From the IMG/VR virus record IMGVR_UViG_3300042559_001801: a DNA stretch of 64,000 nucleotides; one strand, 5' to 3'. How positions within the stretch are numbered: the stretch's first letter is position 1; each line of letters opens with the position of its first letter. The notes beneath the pieces are model-generated. The model was given only the letters and a program-made list of their open reading frames with translations. It did no database searches and was not told where the DNA came from. Origin of the DNA: a virus. Lineage: Duplodnaviria > Heunggongvirae > Uroviricota > Caudoviricetes. Below are positions 55,957-64,000 of this stretch, piece after piece. The position numbers and the translations under genes were made by a program.

Positions 55957-56256
55957 TTAGAATCCCAACACTGCTCTTAGTGTGCTCAGTTTGGGAACAT
56001 AGATATTGGTATTCATTGCAAAATCCAATGGTGGTTTTGTGAGTGTGTTGGGGTTGCGTTGATAAAACACCCACCATAGGCCACCGTTGTCGTACAGGTC
56101 AAATGCCAGTAGATCTGGTCTGTACTGATAAGTTTGATTGATGGTAAACACCAGATCGTCGGACTGTGAGGGGATTGGTCTATTGACCATGGTGTCTAGG
56201 AAGAACTGACTGTAGCCAGTGGTTGCATATGGACTGGTTGAATTATAAGTTGCCAT
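55957..56256 (-). CDS. hypothetical structural-module protein (about 99 aa)
   Basis: ATG 56256 was chosen; the track start is GTG. It is TAATG-coupled. Confidence 0.4.
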   Translation of the reverse strand: MATYNSTSPYATTGYSQFFLDTMVNRPIPSQSDDLVFTINQTYQYRPDLLAFDLYDNGGLWWVFYQRNPNTLTKPPLDFAMNTNIYVPKLSTLRAVLGF

Positions 56257-58334
56257 TACCACATTCCTCCTTTGAGCAGATCACCGGTGGCATATTGTCG
56301 TACACTGAATCGTTGACTCTGTGCTTGACGACTGACCACTGGCAACAGCGAAACTGATATGGTCATTTTGGTTGGCACATATGTGGGAATTGTGTTTGAT
56401 CCCAGTGTCTGCGGCGCTGGCGGAATATTTTGGCCGCCTTTTGGCAAGGGCTGTCCGTTGAACAGTTTGGATGATGCCAATCTGTTTACTGCACCACCCA
56501 GTACGCCGCCCAGTATGCCATTGCCCCAGGATGTGCCAGGGCCAGTTGAATTGTTTGATTGGCGTTGCTGTAGCATATTGCTGTTATTTACATTGGGACT
56601 GTAGGCACGAATATAATCCACATCAGCTGGTAGGTCATATGTGAATCCACTGACCACACAAGGATGTTCGTTGAATTGAAACTCACCCAGGCCGGTCAGA
56701 TACACCAAGGGCGGCGGTGTTCCGCGCTGTGGATCTTGTCCGTAGAACATTTTGGTAACAGATTTAAAAAAGTGTATCACTGCCAACAGGTATTCGGCCT
56801 CTGCTGTGCTCTGTGCTGTGAAAGTCGAACTTATTGTAAACGGTTCCACTGCACTGCCTTGATAAAAATATCCTTTATAATTGGAATGTGTGATGTCCGT
56901 GGTGACATAAGTGGCCTTGTAACTGGTCTGTATTGTGGGAGTGTAGGGGAATATCACACCATCTGGTGCCAAGGGTGCTAAAATTCCTGGCGGCTTGGCC
57001 ATGTACAGATAATCGGCTAGGGGTGCTAGGCGCAGTTTGACACGCCAGTCGGCGTTGTTTTTGTTGCTGCGTTGATTGGCAATGGTATTTTGTGCTCGGG
57101 CCTTGTCCAATGTAACAGCTTGTTGAGCAGCAGCTTCTTGTGCATCAGCAGCTTGCAGTTGTGCGCGAGCAGCGGCCTGATTTGCATCTTGGGCAATTGT
57201 TTCTTCATCAGTTGGATAGACTGTGGGGTCATCAGTAACTGCTGCAGGTTCAGCTGTTTGTTCGGCTAGCTCTTGTCGATTGAGTTCTTGTTCTCTTTCT
57301 AATCTCTCAGCTTCGAACGGATCATCCGCAGGGTCAACATCAGCAGGATCAACATCTATTGGGTTATCATTGAGTTCTTGTTCTCTTTCTAATCTTTCAG
57401 CTTCAAATGGATCGTCAACTGCCTCGGGTTCGCCCAACTCAACTGCGTCTGCGCCGTCGGTTTCTTCGCTGGTGAATCCATAGTCATTTCCTAATTCTTC
57501 GGGAGTAACTGGTGCTGCGGCGGCAGCCGTGTCAGCATTGGGTGCCCGGCCTTGAGCATCTATCTGCGCTTCGGTTTGTTGTGCCTGCTGTTGATCATTG
57601 TTTGAATCAACTGCTTCATTGGTGCTGGTGGTTCCCGAAGTAACTGTTTCAGTAGTTGTTGTGGTATTGGGTACTGTGGTTACTGTTGGCGCACCTGGTG
57701 TTTCGGCATCAATTTGTTTGTTTTTAAGTTCGCTTCTTTCAGCTGACAGTTTGTCTAGTTTTTCTTGTCGTTCTTGTTTTTCCTCGGGACTGAGAGGTGG
57801 AAGACCTTGTTTTTTTCTAGCAAAGTCGCTGGGATTGTCTTTCTGGAACTGATCAATTTCAGCTTGTTTTGCCGCAATTGCCGGTTGCACTGCCTGGCTG
57901 GCTGCATTGGGAGTTCTGGCTCCAGCAGTGACTGTGGTTGACCCTCCTCCACTGACTGTTTCCGTACTGGTAGTGGTATAGTTGATTGGAGTTTTGCTGC
58001 TGGGCTGCGCTGCGGCATCTTGAGCATAATCAACCTGTTCAAAGTTTGATGGTGACTTTAGCCCTTGGTCAAACCTGGCACTGTCAGCAGCTTCGGCTTG
58101 GTCGGCCCTGGCGCTTTGTGCAGCTTCGGCTGCGGTTGGTGGATCATAATCAACACCGGCCACTTTGCTGCCGCCGCCGGCTATGGTGGCTCCTAACTGT
58201 CCATTATCGCCAATGGCATAGTTGGTAGCTTCAGCTTCGCTGATGCCAGACTGAGCAAACGCCGCATCTTGGGACATGCCTTTTTGAATCAAGCTGTTAT
58301 ATAGTGCTGCTTTTTTTGGGCTGTAGTCTGCCAT
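56256..58334 (-). CDS. structural protein (692 aa) with acidic low-complexity central region and internal tandem repeat
   Basis: The first gene of the minus-strand structural operon. AGGAAACAATAACC precedes the ATG. The internal repeat is DDPFEAERLEREQELN x2. Confidence 0.55.
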   Translation of the reverse strand: MADYSPKKAALYNSLIQKGMSQDAAFAQSGISEAEATNYAIGDNGQLGATIAGGGSKVAGVDYDPPTAAEAAQSARADQAEAADSARFDQGLKSPSNFEQVDYAQDAAAQPSSKTPINYTTTSTETVSGGGSTTVTAGARTPNAASQAVQPAIAAKQAEIDQFQKDNPSDFARKKQGLPPLSPEEKQERQEKLDKLSAERSELKNKQIDAETPGAPTVTTVPNTTTTTETVTSGTTSTNEAVDSNNDQQQAQQTEAQIDAQGRAPNADTAAAAAPVTPEELGNDYGFTSEETDGADAVELGEPEAVDDPFEAERLEREQELNDNPIDVDPADVDPADDPFEAERLEREQELNRQELAEQTAEPAAVTDDPTVYPTDEETIAQDANQAAARAQLQAADAQEAAAQQAVTLDKARAQNTIANQRSNKNNADWRVKLRLAPLADYLYMAKPPGILAPLAPDGVIFPYTPTIQTSYKATYVTTDITHSNYKGYFYQGSAVEPFTISSTFTAQSTAEAEYLLAVIHFFKSVTKMFYGQDPQRGTPPPLVYLTGLGEFQFNEHPCVVSGFTYDLPADVDYIRAYSPNVNNSNMLQQRQSNNSTGPGTSWGNGILGGVLGGAVNRLASSKLFNGQPLPKGGQNIPPAPQTLGSNTIPTYVPTKMTISVSLLPVVSRQAQSQRFSVRQYATGDLLKGGMW
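57279..57416 (-). repeat. two near-identical 48-bp direct repeats (57279-57326 and 57369-57416), period 90 bp
   Basis: attgagttcttgttctctttctaatct(c/t)tcagcttc(g/a)aa(c/t)ggatc(a/g)tc occurs twice and encodes the DDPFEAERLEREQELN duplication. Confidence 0.7.
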
Positions 58335-58355
58335 GGTTATTGTTTCCTATACCTT

Positions 58356-58362
58356 ATTTATT
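58356..58362 (-). promoter_or_regulatory. T4-late-promoter-like ATAAATA box
   Basis: Minus-strand aATAAATAa lies 22 nt upstream of ATG 58334. Confidence 0.4.
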
Positions 58363-58394
58363 GCAAAAATAAACTGGGCACATAATGATAAAGG

Positions 58395-58422
58395 TTGACA
58401 ACACGGTAAACCATGCTATAAT
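58395..58422 (+). promoter_or_regulatory. consensus sigma70 promoter TTGACA-16-TATAAT upstream of gp55
   Basis: TTGACA is at 58395-58400 and TATAAT at 58417-58422, separated by a 16-nt spacer. ATAAATA (58421-58427) overlaps, 22 nt before the gp55 start. Confidence 0.6.
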
Positions 58423-58448
58423 AAATACATTACGAGGAGACACTGCCT

Positions 58449-59465
58449 GTGGCAACAAAACGCACTATATCCAACTTGGATTCTACCAAATCAATATCAT
58501 CAACTCCGATAGCGCCAAAAGTAAATTATCTCAACAACAGAGACATTTTAAAAGAGATTCACGCCAGCAAAAACACCTACTGCTACTATGTCAATCCTGA
58601 TGCGGACAGTCAATACGACATTATTTTGCCCAGCCTGGACAAAATCAATCAGCGTACCATTGCCGAAGCACGCCGAAATCGTGCTGACCGTCTCAAACGA
58701 CTGGGCACTATAGTTGACCCTGTGAAAATCCCCAACACTGATTTGGTGTTCCGTATCAGCTGCTGGGATCATATCCCAATGGCAGAGAAAAAAATTCCCA
58801 AATCAGAACAAAAGAAAAAACAAAAACTGGAAGACCTACTGCAATTTGAAGACGAGCCCATTGATGATTCACTAGACGAGCTGCTGGATGATGTGCTGTT
58901 GAATCCGGTTCGGCAGCGACTGAACTTTCCTCCATTTGAGCATTGGCGCCTGGATAATAACAAAGAAAAATACCTTGTTGGCCGTAGTCATTGGAAAGGC
59001 AATCTTGAAACCGGAGAATTTTCCAAGGATCACGGCGACATGACACGCAAACTTGCACACATGTTTATGAAGCTGTGTGAACGCTATGCCACCAGATCAA
59101 ACTGGCGCGGCTACACCTACAACGAAGAAATGCGCGGCCAGGCCCTGTTGCAACTGAGTCAAATTGGACTACAGTTTGACGAAAGCAAAAGTCAAAATCC
59201 ATTTGCCTACTACACTGCTGCCATTACCAACAGCTTTACTCGCATCTTGAATTTGGAAAAGAAAAGTCAAAACATTCGTGATGACATTTTGGAAATCAAC
59301 GGGCTAAGTCCGTCGTGGACAAGACAAAATGCCGGCCGGCCCAGTATGGCTCAGCTGAGTGGTCCTGTTACCATCACCACTTACATTGTGGATCGACCAG
59401 TGGCGGAGCCTGCGGGTATCAATATTGATGTTGAAGAATACAATAAAGACAATGCTACCAACTGA
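58449..59465 (+). CDS. 55: late-transcription sigma factor gp55 homolog
   Basis: Clear similarity to T4 gp55. KVNYLNNRDILKEI matches YNYVNNKELLQAI. SNWRGYTYNEEMRGQALLQLSQIGLQFDESKSQNPFAYYTAAITNSFTRI matches [53 protein letters not shown]. The start is GTG after an AGGAGA RBS. The protein is longer than T4 gp55 because of a central insertion. Confidence 0.8.
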   Translation: MATKRTISNLDSTKSISSTPIAPKVNYLNNRDILKEIHASKNTYCYYVNPDADSQYDIILPSLDKINQRTIAEARRNRADRLKRLGTIVDPVKIPNTDLVFRISCWDHIPMAEKKIPKSEQKKKQKLEDLLQFEDEPIDDSLDELLDDVLLNPVRQRLNFPPFEHWRLDNNKEKYLVGRSHWKGNLETGEFSKDHGDMTRKLAHMFMKLCERYATRSNWRGYTYNEEMRGQALLQLSQIGLQFDESKSQNPFAYYTAAITNSFTRILNLEKKSQNIRDDILEINGLSPSWTRQNAGRPSMAQLSGPVTITTYIVDRPVAEPAGINIDVEEYNKDNATN

Positions 59466-60942
59466 GTTGTACCAACAATTGCAAAAAACATACAAGGTTG
59501 TATGTTTTGTAGACATGGCTGATATTTCCAAGTCGCCTGGCGCTATTTTTAAATTGTTTACAGACCATTACAAGTCTGAATACAAAGAAAATGAACGATT
59601 GGTTTTTTACACCAACGAAGATCCTGGAATCAAGTTACTTGAGCATATTCAACAGGCAGCAATGATAATTGATATTAGCCATTGTTTTATATTAATTTGT
59701 TGCCCTGTAGATTTAACTGATCGTATGGGGTTGACCGATACTACAATGCAACAGATTGTAATTGAGTGTGACTCTGTACCACTTGACAATGGATTTGTTG
59801 TGCCCGATACCATGTGTGTTTTTCCGTTTAAACATCTTGAAATTAACCATCAAGGTGCCGTTAAACCTTGTTGTTTGTATAAAACTACAGTAGGACAAGT
59901 TCCGGATCAATCAATTAACGAAATTTTTTATTCTGAAAAAATGGAAAAATTACGCAATGATTTTTTAAACGGTATTAAATCTAGTGATTGCTCCCATTGT
60001 TGGAATCTTGAAGACATCGGACTTACAAGTTCTAGGCAAGCAAGTTTACTTCTGGATAGACAACAATTGTATACCACATGGCTTTCTAAGCCTGGTGTGT
60101 ATAGTTTGGATTTAAAGCCTGGCAATGTGTGCAATTTTAAATGCAGAATTTGTAATGCACAATCAAGTTCGTTGTATGCTGGCGAACAACTAGCAAAATC
60201 AACTAATCCTGAATCTAAATTACAAATACAAAAATTCATTGATGGCAGTCGTTGGTTTGAAAATAGTGAAAAATTTATTCAAGAATTTGAAGAGTTGCTG
60301 TGCCAGATAGAAAATCTTGATTTTTATGGTGGTGAGCCTTTTTTATTAAAGAATTTAAACACTTTGCTCAGCAAGGCTGTTGAAATGGAACGAGCACAGA
60401 ACATCAGGTTACATTTTAATACCAATGGATCTGTATTTCCAGCTCATCTAATAGACACGTTTAAAAAATTTAAACATATTGACTTGGCTATTAGCGTTGA
60501 CTGTGTTGGACCAAGATTTGAATACGAACGCGGCGGTTCTTGGCAAGAAATTGAAGAGAATATTAAAAAACTGAGTCGACTGGTTGACGACCAGTTTAGT
60601 GTTTACTTGTTTACTACTGTAAATATTCAAAATGTTTTATATTTAGATGAGTTGTACTCTTGGGCAGAATCAACTGGGTTGAGGGTAGTCTTAAATGTTT
60701 TAAAAGGACCTCAATTTATGAATATTGACTATATGACTCAAGCAGCAAAGGATTTGGTAATTGAAAAATTTCAAAACAGTAGCATTCCAGAACTTCAAAG
60801 CATTGCCAATCGTGTCAAAAAAAGCCCAGGTAGCAATGGAGAGAAGTTTATAGAGTATATGCAACAACTCGACAAATGGAGAAATGAAAACTTTGGGTTG
60901 ACGCACAAAGAGATTGCAAATGCTATGGGATACATGTTATAA
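59452..60942 (+). CDS. radical SAM enzyme with N-terminal Cys-rich domain (subfamily A) plus about 130-aa N-terminal extension
   Basis: Motifs are CNFKCRICN, FYGGEPFLL, FNTNGS and an N-terminal CVFPF...PCC plus CSHCW. ATG 59452 overlaps the gp55 3' end by 14 nt. Confidence 0.75.
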   Translation: MLPTELYQQLQKTYKVVCFVDMADISKSPGAIFKLFTDHYKSEYKENERLVFYTNEDPGIKLLEHIQQAAMIIDISHCFILICCPVDLTDRMGLTDTTMQQIVIECDSVPLDNGFVVPDTMCVFPFKHLEINHQGAVKPCCLYKTTVGQVPDQSINEIFYSEKMEKLRNDFLNGIKSSDCSHCWNLEDIGLTSSRQASLLLDRQQLYTTWLSKPGVYSLDLKPGNVCNFKCRICNAQSSSLYAGEQLAKSTNPESKLQIQKFIDGSRWFENSEKFIQEFEELLCQIENLDFYGGEPFLLKNLNTLLSKAVEMERAQNIRLHFNTNGSVFPAHLIDTFKKFKHIDLAISVDCVGPRFEYERGGSWQEIEENIKKLSRLVDDQFSVYLFTTVNIQNVLYLDELYSWAESTGLRVVLNVLKGPQFMNIDYMTQAAKDLVIEKFQNSSIPELQSIANRVKKSPGSNGEKFIEYMQQLDKWRNENFGLTHKEIANAMGYML

Positions 60943-60950
60943 TATCAAAT

Positions 60951-61964
60951 ATGAATTTATTTAAAAAAGTAGCTGTCTGCACAGATATACATTTTGGTCT
61001 TAAATCAAACAGTCTTCAACACAATCAAGATTGTAGTGATTTTATTGATTGGTTTATTGAGACTGCCCAAGCCAATGGGTGTGAAACTGGTATGTTCCTT
61101 GGTGATTGGAGTCACCAACGAGCCGCTATTAACATGCAGACCTTACAGTATAGTCTACGAAGCCTGGAAAAACTATCTAAGGCGTTTGATCGTTTTTATT
61201 TTATTCCCGGAAATCATGATTTGTATTATCGAGATAAACGAGACATCTACTCAACCGAGTGGGCCAAACACATACCCAATATTCAAATTGTCAATGATTG
61301 GTTCCAAGACGGTGATGTTGTAATTGCTCCTTGGCTGGTGGGCGATGATCATAAGAAGATCCCAAAAATGACGGCCAAGTACATGTTTGGCCACTTTGAA
61401 CTTCCTCATTTTAAAATGAATGCCATGGTAGAGATGCCAGACCACGGTGAGGTCAAGGTCGAAAGCTTTGGCGGCTTTGATGGCGTATTTTCAGGGCACT
61501 TTCATCTGCGACAACAGAAAAAAAATATCAACTACATTGGCAACTGCTTTCCACACAATTTTGCCGATGCCGGCGACAGTGCCCGTGGCATGATGGTGTT
61601 GGGTTGGGGACAAGAACCGGAATATCATGCATGGCCTGGACAGCCCTTGTACCGTGTGATGAAATTGAGCAATGTAATTGATCAAGCACCTAAGCTGTTG
61701 GCCGCCAACATGCATGTGCGTGTGGAGTTGGATATTGATATCAGTTACGAAGAAGCAAACTTTATCAAAGAAACATTTGTTCGAGAATACAATCTCAGAG
61801 AAATGGCCTTGATCAATGTAAAAAACAGTGCTGTGGACGCTGACATGGCGCCAGGTGAAGTCAAATTTGAAAGTGTGGATCAGATTGTAACCGATCAACT
61901 GACCAACATTGAATCAGAATTTTACGACAACAAATTGTTGCTGAAGATTTATAATGCTCTGTAA
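60951..61964 (+). CDS. 47: recombination endonuclease subunit gp47 (SbcD/Mre11-like)
   Basis: Calcineurin-like phosphoesterase motifs CTDIHFG, GDWSH, GNHD and GHFH are present. Length is 337 aa. Confidence 0.8.
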   Translation: MNLFKKVAVCTDIHFGLKSNSLQHNQDCSDFIDWFIETAQANGCETGMFLGDWSHQRAAINMQTLQYSLRSLEKLSKAFDRFYFIPGNHDLYYRDKRDIYSTEWAKHIPNIQIVNDWFQDGDVVIAPWLVGDDHKKIPKMTAKYMFGHFELPHFKMNAMVEMPDHGEVKVESFGGFDGVFSGHFHLRQQKKNINYIGNCFPHNFADAGDSARGMMVLGWGQEPEYHAWPGQPLYRVMKLSNVIDQAPKLLAANMHVRVELDIDISYEEANFIKETFVREYNLREMALINVKNSAVDADMAPGEVKFESVDQIVTDQLTNIESEFYDNKLLLKIYNAL

Positions 61965-62664
61965 TAAAAACGAGTTGTTGGAATCAAGGAATTTTGTCGA
62001 CGGTGTTGACTTTACTCGCAACGATCCCTGTATATTTGTTGTGTATCCAACAGGTGCGGCGGGAGATTTATTAATTTCAATTATCGACAAGCATTACTTG
62101 CGCACCGGTTGCGAATATTACGGCATTGGCGATAACGGGCGTGTACATATGTTCACTGCCGATTATGAATCAATGGATCAACATAGTCGTTATACATTCA
62201 ATGATCAGTGGTTTTACAATCTGGCGGCCAATCTGGGCGACAGAAATCTAAATTATTCATTGCTAGATCAAGTTATTTTTGGTTGTCACATGTATCTAGA
62301 CTCGCAGGTACAATACATACTTGACACCTTTCCGCATGCTAAAATTATACGAATTATGCCAACTGATCAAGATGGCACAAAATTAATAAAGTGGTTGGGC
62401 AATTATAAAGTAAAAAATACAACGACTCCCATTGATGAAGAAGTTAGAGAATTTAATGCAAGTAAAATTATACACGATCGTGTGTTTAATTTACCTTTTG
62501 GATCTTTGTTTACCGAGGAATCGTATTACAAACAATATGATTCTATTATTAAATTTTTAAATTTAAACGGGCGCCTAATTTGCTTTGACTACATAAGATA
62601 TTATTTGTCAAAACAATCTGATTTGATTCGATCTTCTTTGATAGATTACAGTAAAACTTTATGA
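61954..62664 (+). CDS. hypothetical protein (236 aa) between genes 47 and 46
   Basis: Track ORF. It overlaps the gene 47 end by 11 nt and is ATGA-coupled to gene 46. Confidence 0.5.
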   Translation: MLCNKNELLESRNFVDGVDFTRNDPCIFVVYPTGAAGDLLISIIDKHYLRTGCEYYGIGDNGRVHMFTADYESMDQHSRYTFNDQWFYNLAANLGDRNLNYSLLDQVIFGCHMYLDSQVQYILDTFPHAKIIRIMPTDQDGTKLIKWLGNYKVKNTTTPIDEEVREFNASKIIHDRVFNLPFGSLFTEESYYKQYDSIIKFLNLNGRLICFDYIRYYLSKQSDLIRSSLIDYSKTL

Positions 62665-64000
62665 TCCATATAAGAAATTTAACAGTTAAGAATTTTATGA
62701 GTGTGGGCAACAGTACCCAGGCTATTGATTTTGATCGAAAAGATTTAACGCTGGTATTGGGAGAAAACTTGGACCTGGGTGGCGACGGCAGTCGCAATGG
62801 CACAGGCAAGACCACAATCATCAACGCACTCAGCTATGCCTTGTACGGCACAGCACTCAGTAATATCCGCAAAGACAACCTGGTCAATAAAACCAATGCT
62901 AAAAACATGTTGGTTAGCCTGGAGTTTGGCGTAGGTGGCAAAGAATATAAAATTGAGCGGGGGCGCAAGCCCAATGTGTTAAGATTCTATATCAACAATC
63001 AAGAACAAGAATCTACAGACAATGCTCAAGGCGACAGCAGAGAGACTCAGCAGGCCATTGAAACCACACTGGGACTTAGTCACGACATGTTCAAACATAT
63101 CTTAGCGTTGAACACCTACACTGAACCGTTTTTGAGTTTAAAAGCCAACGATCAACGAACCATTATCGAACAACTGCTGGGCATTACCATGCTGAGCGAA
63201 CGAGCGGATCGTATCAAAGAACTCAATCGCGAAACCAAGGATTCTCTAACACAAGAAGAATTCCGTATACGAGCAGTGCAAGAGGCCAACAAGCGAATCG
63301 AAGAACAGATTGAAAGTCTGCGAAAACGACAACGATTATGGAATGCCAAACGAGCAGAAGATGTAGCACAGTACACACAGGCCATTGCAGATCTTGAACA
63401 TATCAATATTGAACTAGAAGTCAGTGCCCATCGAGAACTGGCAGTGTTTCATCAGCGCAAGACCGCAATTGACGAAGCTAACAAATGGATACGCAGCATT
63501 GACGCAGACGATATCAAACTGGTCAAGACCAAGACCAAACTGACTGAAGAAATTGCATCTTTGGACAATCACAAGTGCTATGCTTGTGGCTCTGACATTC
63601 ACGACACCAAGCAAGACGAAATTCGTGTGAACAAACAAAATTCTTTGCAAGAGGCAGCACTACAATTGTTGGCCAATGACTCCCAGCGCATGGAACACCA
63701 AGACACCGTGAAGGAACTTGGTGAACTGGGCAAGGCACCCACAGTGTTTTATGACACACTGGAAGATGCACTGAATCATAAAAATTCCGTGGACAGCTTG
63801 CAAAAAAGCCTGGCCGCAAGATCTGTTGAAGCTGATCCATATGATGAACAAATTGAAGAAATGCAAGCACAGGCCTTGCAAGAAGTCAGCTACGACACTG
63901 TGAACGAGTTTACAAGACTGCAGGAACACCAGGAGTTTTTGTTGAAACTGCTGACCAGCAAGGACAGTTTCATTCGTAAAAAGATCATAGAACAAAATCT
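62661..64000 (+). CDS. 46: recombination endonuclease subunit gp46 (SbcC/Rad50-like ATPase), 3'-partial
   Basis: The N-terminus is MIHIRNLTVKNFMSVGN and the Walker A motif is GDGSRNGTGKTTI. A coiled coil contains a CxxC zinc hook (CYACG). The gene runs off the window end. Confidence 0.75.
   Translation, partial: MIHIRNLTVKNFMSVGNSTQAIDFDRKDLTLVLGENLDLGGDGSRNGTGKTTIINALSYALYGTALSNIRKDNLVNKTNAKNMLVSLEFGVGGKEYKIERGRKPNVLRFYINNQEQESTDNAQGDSRETQQAIETTLGLSHDMFKHILALNTYTEPFLSLKANDQRTIIEQLLGITMLSERADRIKELNRETKDSLTQEEFRIRAVQEANKRIEEQIESLRKRQRLWNAKRAEDVAQYTQAIADLEHINIELEVSAHRELAVFHQRKTAIDEANKWIRSIDADDIKLVKTKTKLTEEIASLDNHKCYACGSDIHDTKQDEIRVNKQNSLQEAALQLLANDSQRMEHQDTVKELGELGKAPTVFYDTLEDALNHKNSVDSLQKSLAARSVEADPYDEQIEEMQAQALQEVSYDTVNEFTRLQEHQEFLLKLLTSKDSFIRKKIIEQN

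Noticed and set aside
59452-60942. Annotating the radical-SAM ORF next to gp55 as NrdG (anaerobic RNR activase)
   Set aside because: NrdG is small (about 150-180 aa) with CxxxCxxC near the N-terminus. This ORF is about 496 aa, has its CxxxCxxC in the middle, and shares the N-terminal Cys domain of the island paralogs.
1-64000. tRNA genes, CRISPR arrays, integrases, transposases or other mobile elements
   Set aside because: Intergenic space is almost nil; the largest gaps are about 60-115 nt and are occupied by promoters and terminators. No repeat-spacer structure was seen and no recombinase motifs in any ORF.

Overview
This window looks like a fragment of a T4-like (distantly related) myovirus genome. 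Three homologs support that: the late sigma factor gp55 (58449-59465), the SbcD-like gp47 (60951-61964) and the start of the SbcC-like gp46 (62661->64000). A minus-strand baseplate and tail-fiber module in the T4-like order gp5-like spike / gp25-like / gp6-like / giant gp7-position protein / gp8-position protein / fibers, plus ATAAATA late-promoter-like boxes, fits the same picture. Coordinates 1-7.7 kb (plus strand) carry small membrane peptides, an SPFH lipoprotein, thyX and sugar-nucleotide tailoring genes (FkbM methyltransferase, SDR epimerase, DegT aminotransferase). Coordinates 7.6-27.9 kb form a large glycan/sugar-tailoring island. It holds three GT10 (alpha-1,3-fucosyltransferase-motif) paralogs, two or three GT-A-like proteins, an amidinotransferase-like enzyme, a NodU/CmcH/TobZ-type carbamoyltransferase and a secreted PBP7-like DD-endopeptidase. 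The most striking feature is a tandem array of five divergent radical-SAM paralogs that share an unusual N-terminal Cys-rich domain (a sixth copy lies at 59452-60942, next to gp55). Coordinates 27.9-58.3 kb (minus strand) are structural genes, including a single 4815-aa ORF and a conserved C-terminal peptide motif repeated in two baseplate proteins. Genes are packed by ATGA/TAATG start-stop overlaps. No tRNA, CRISPR array or mobile element was found. All calls rest on motifs read from the supplied translations; no database search was possible.
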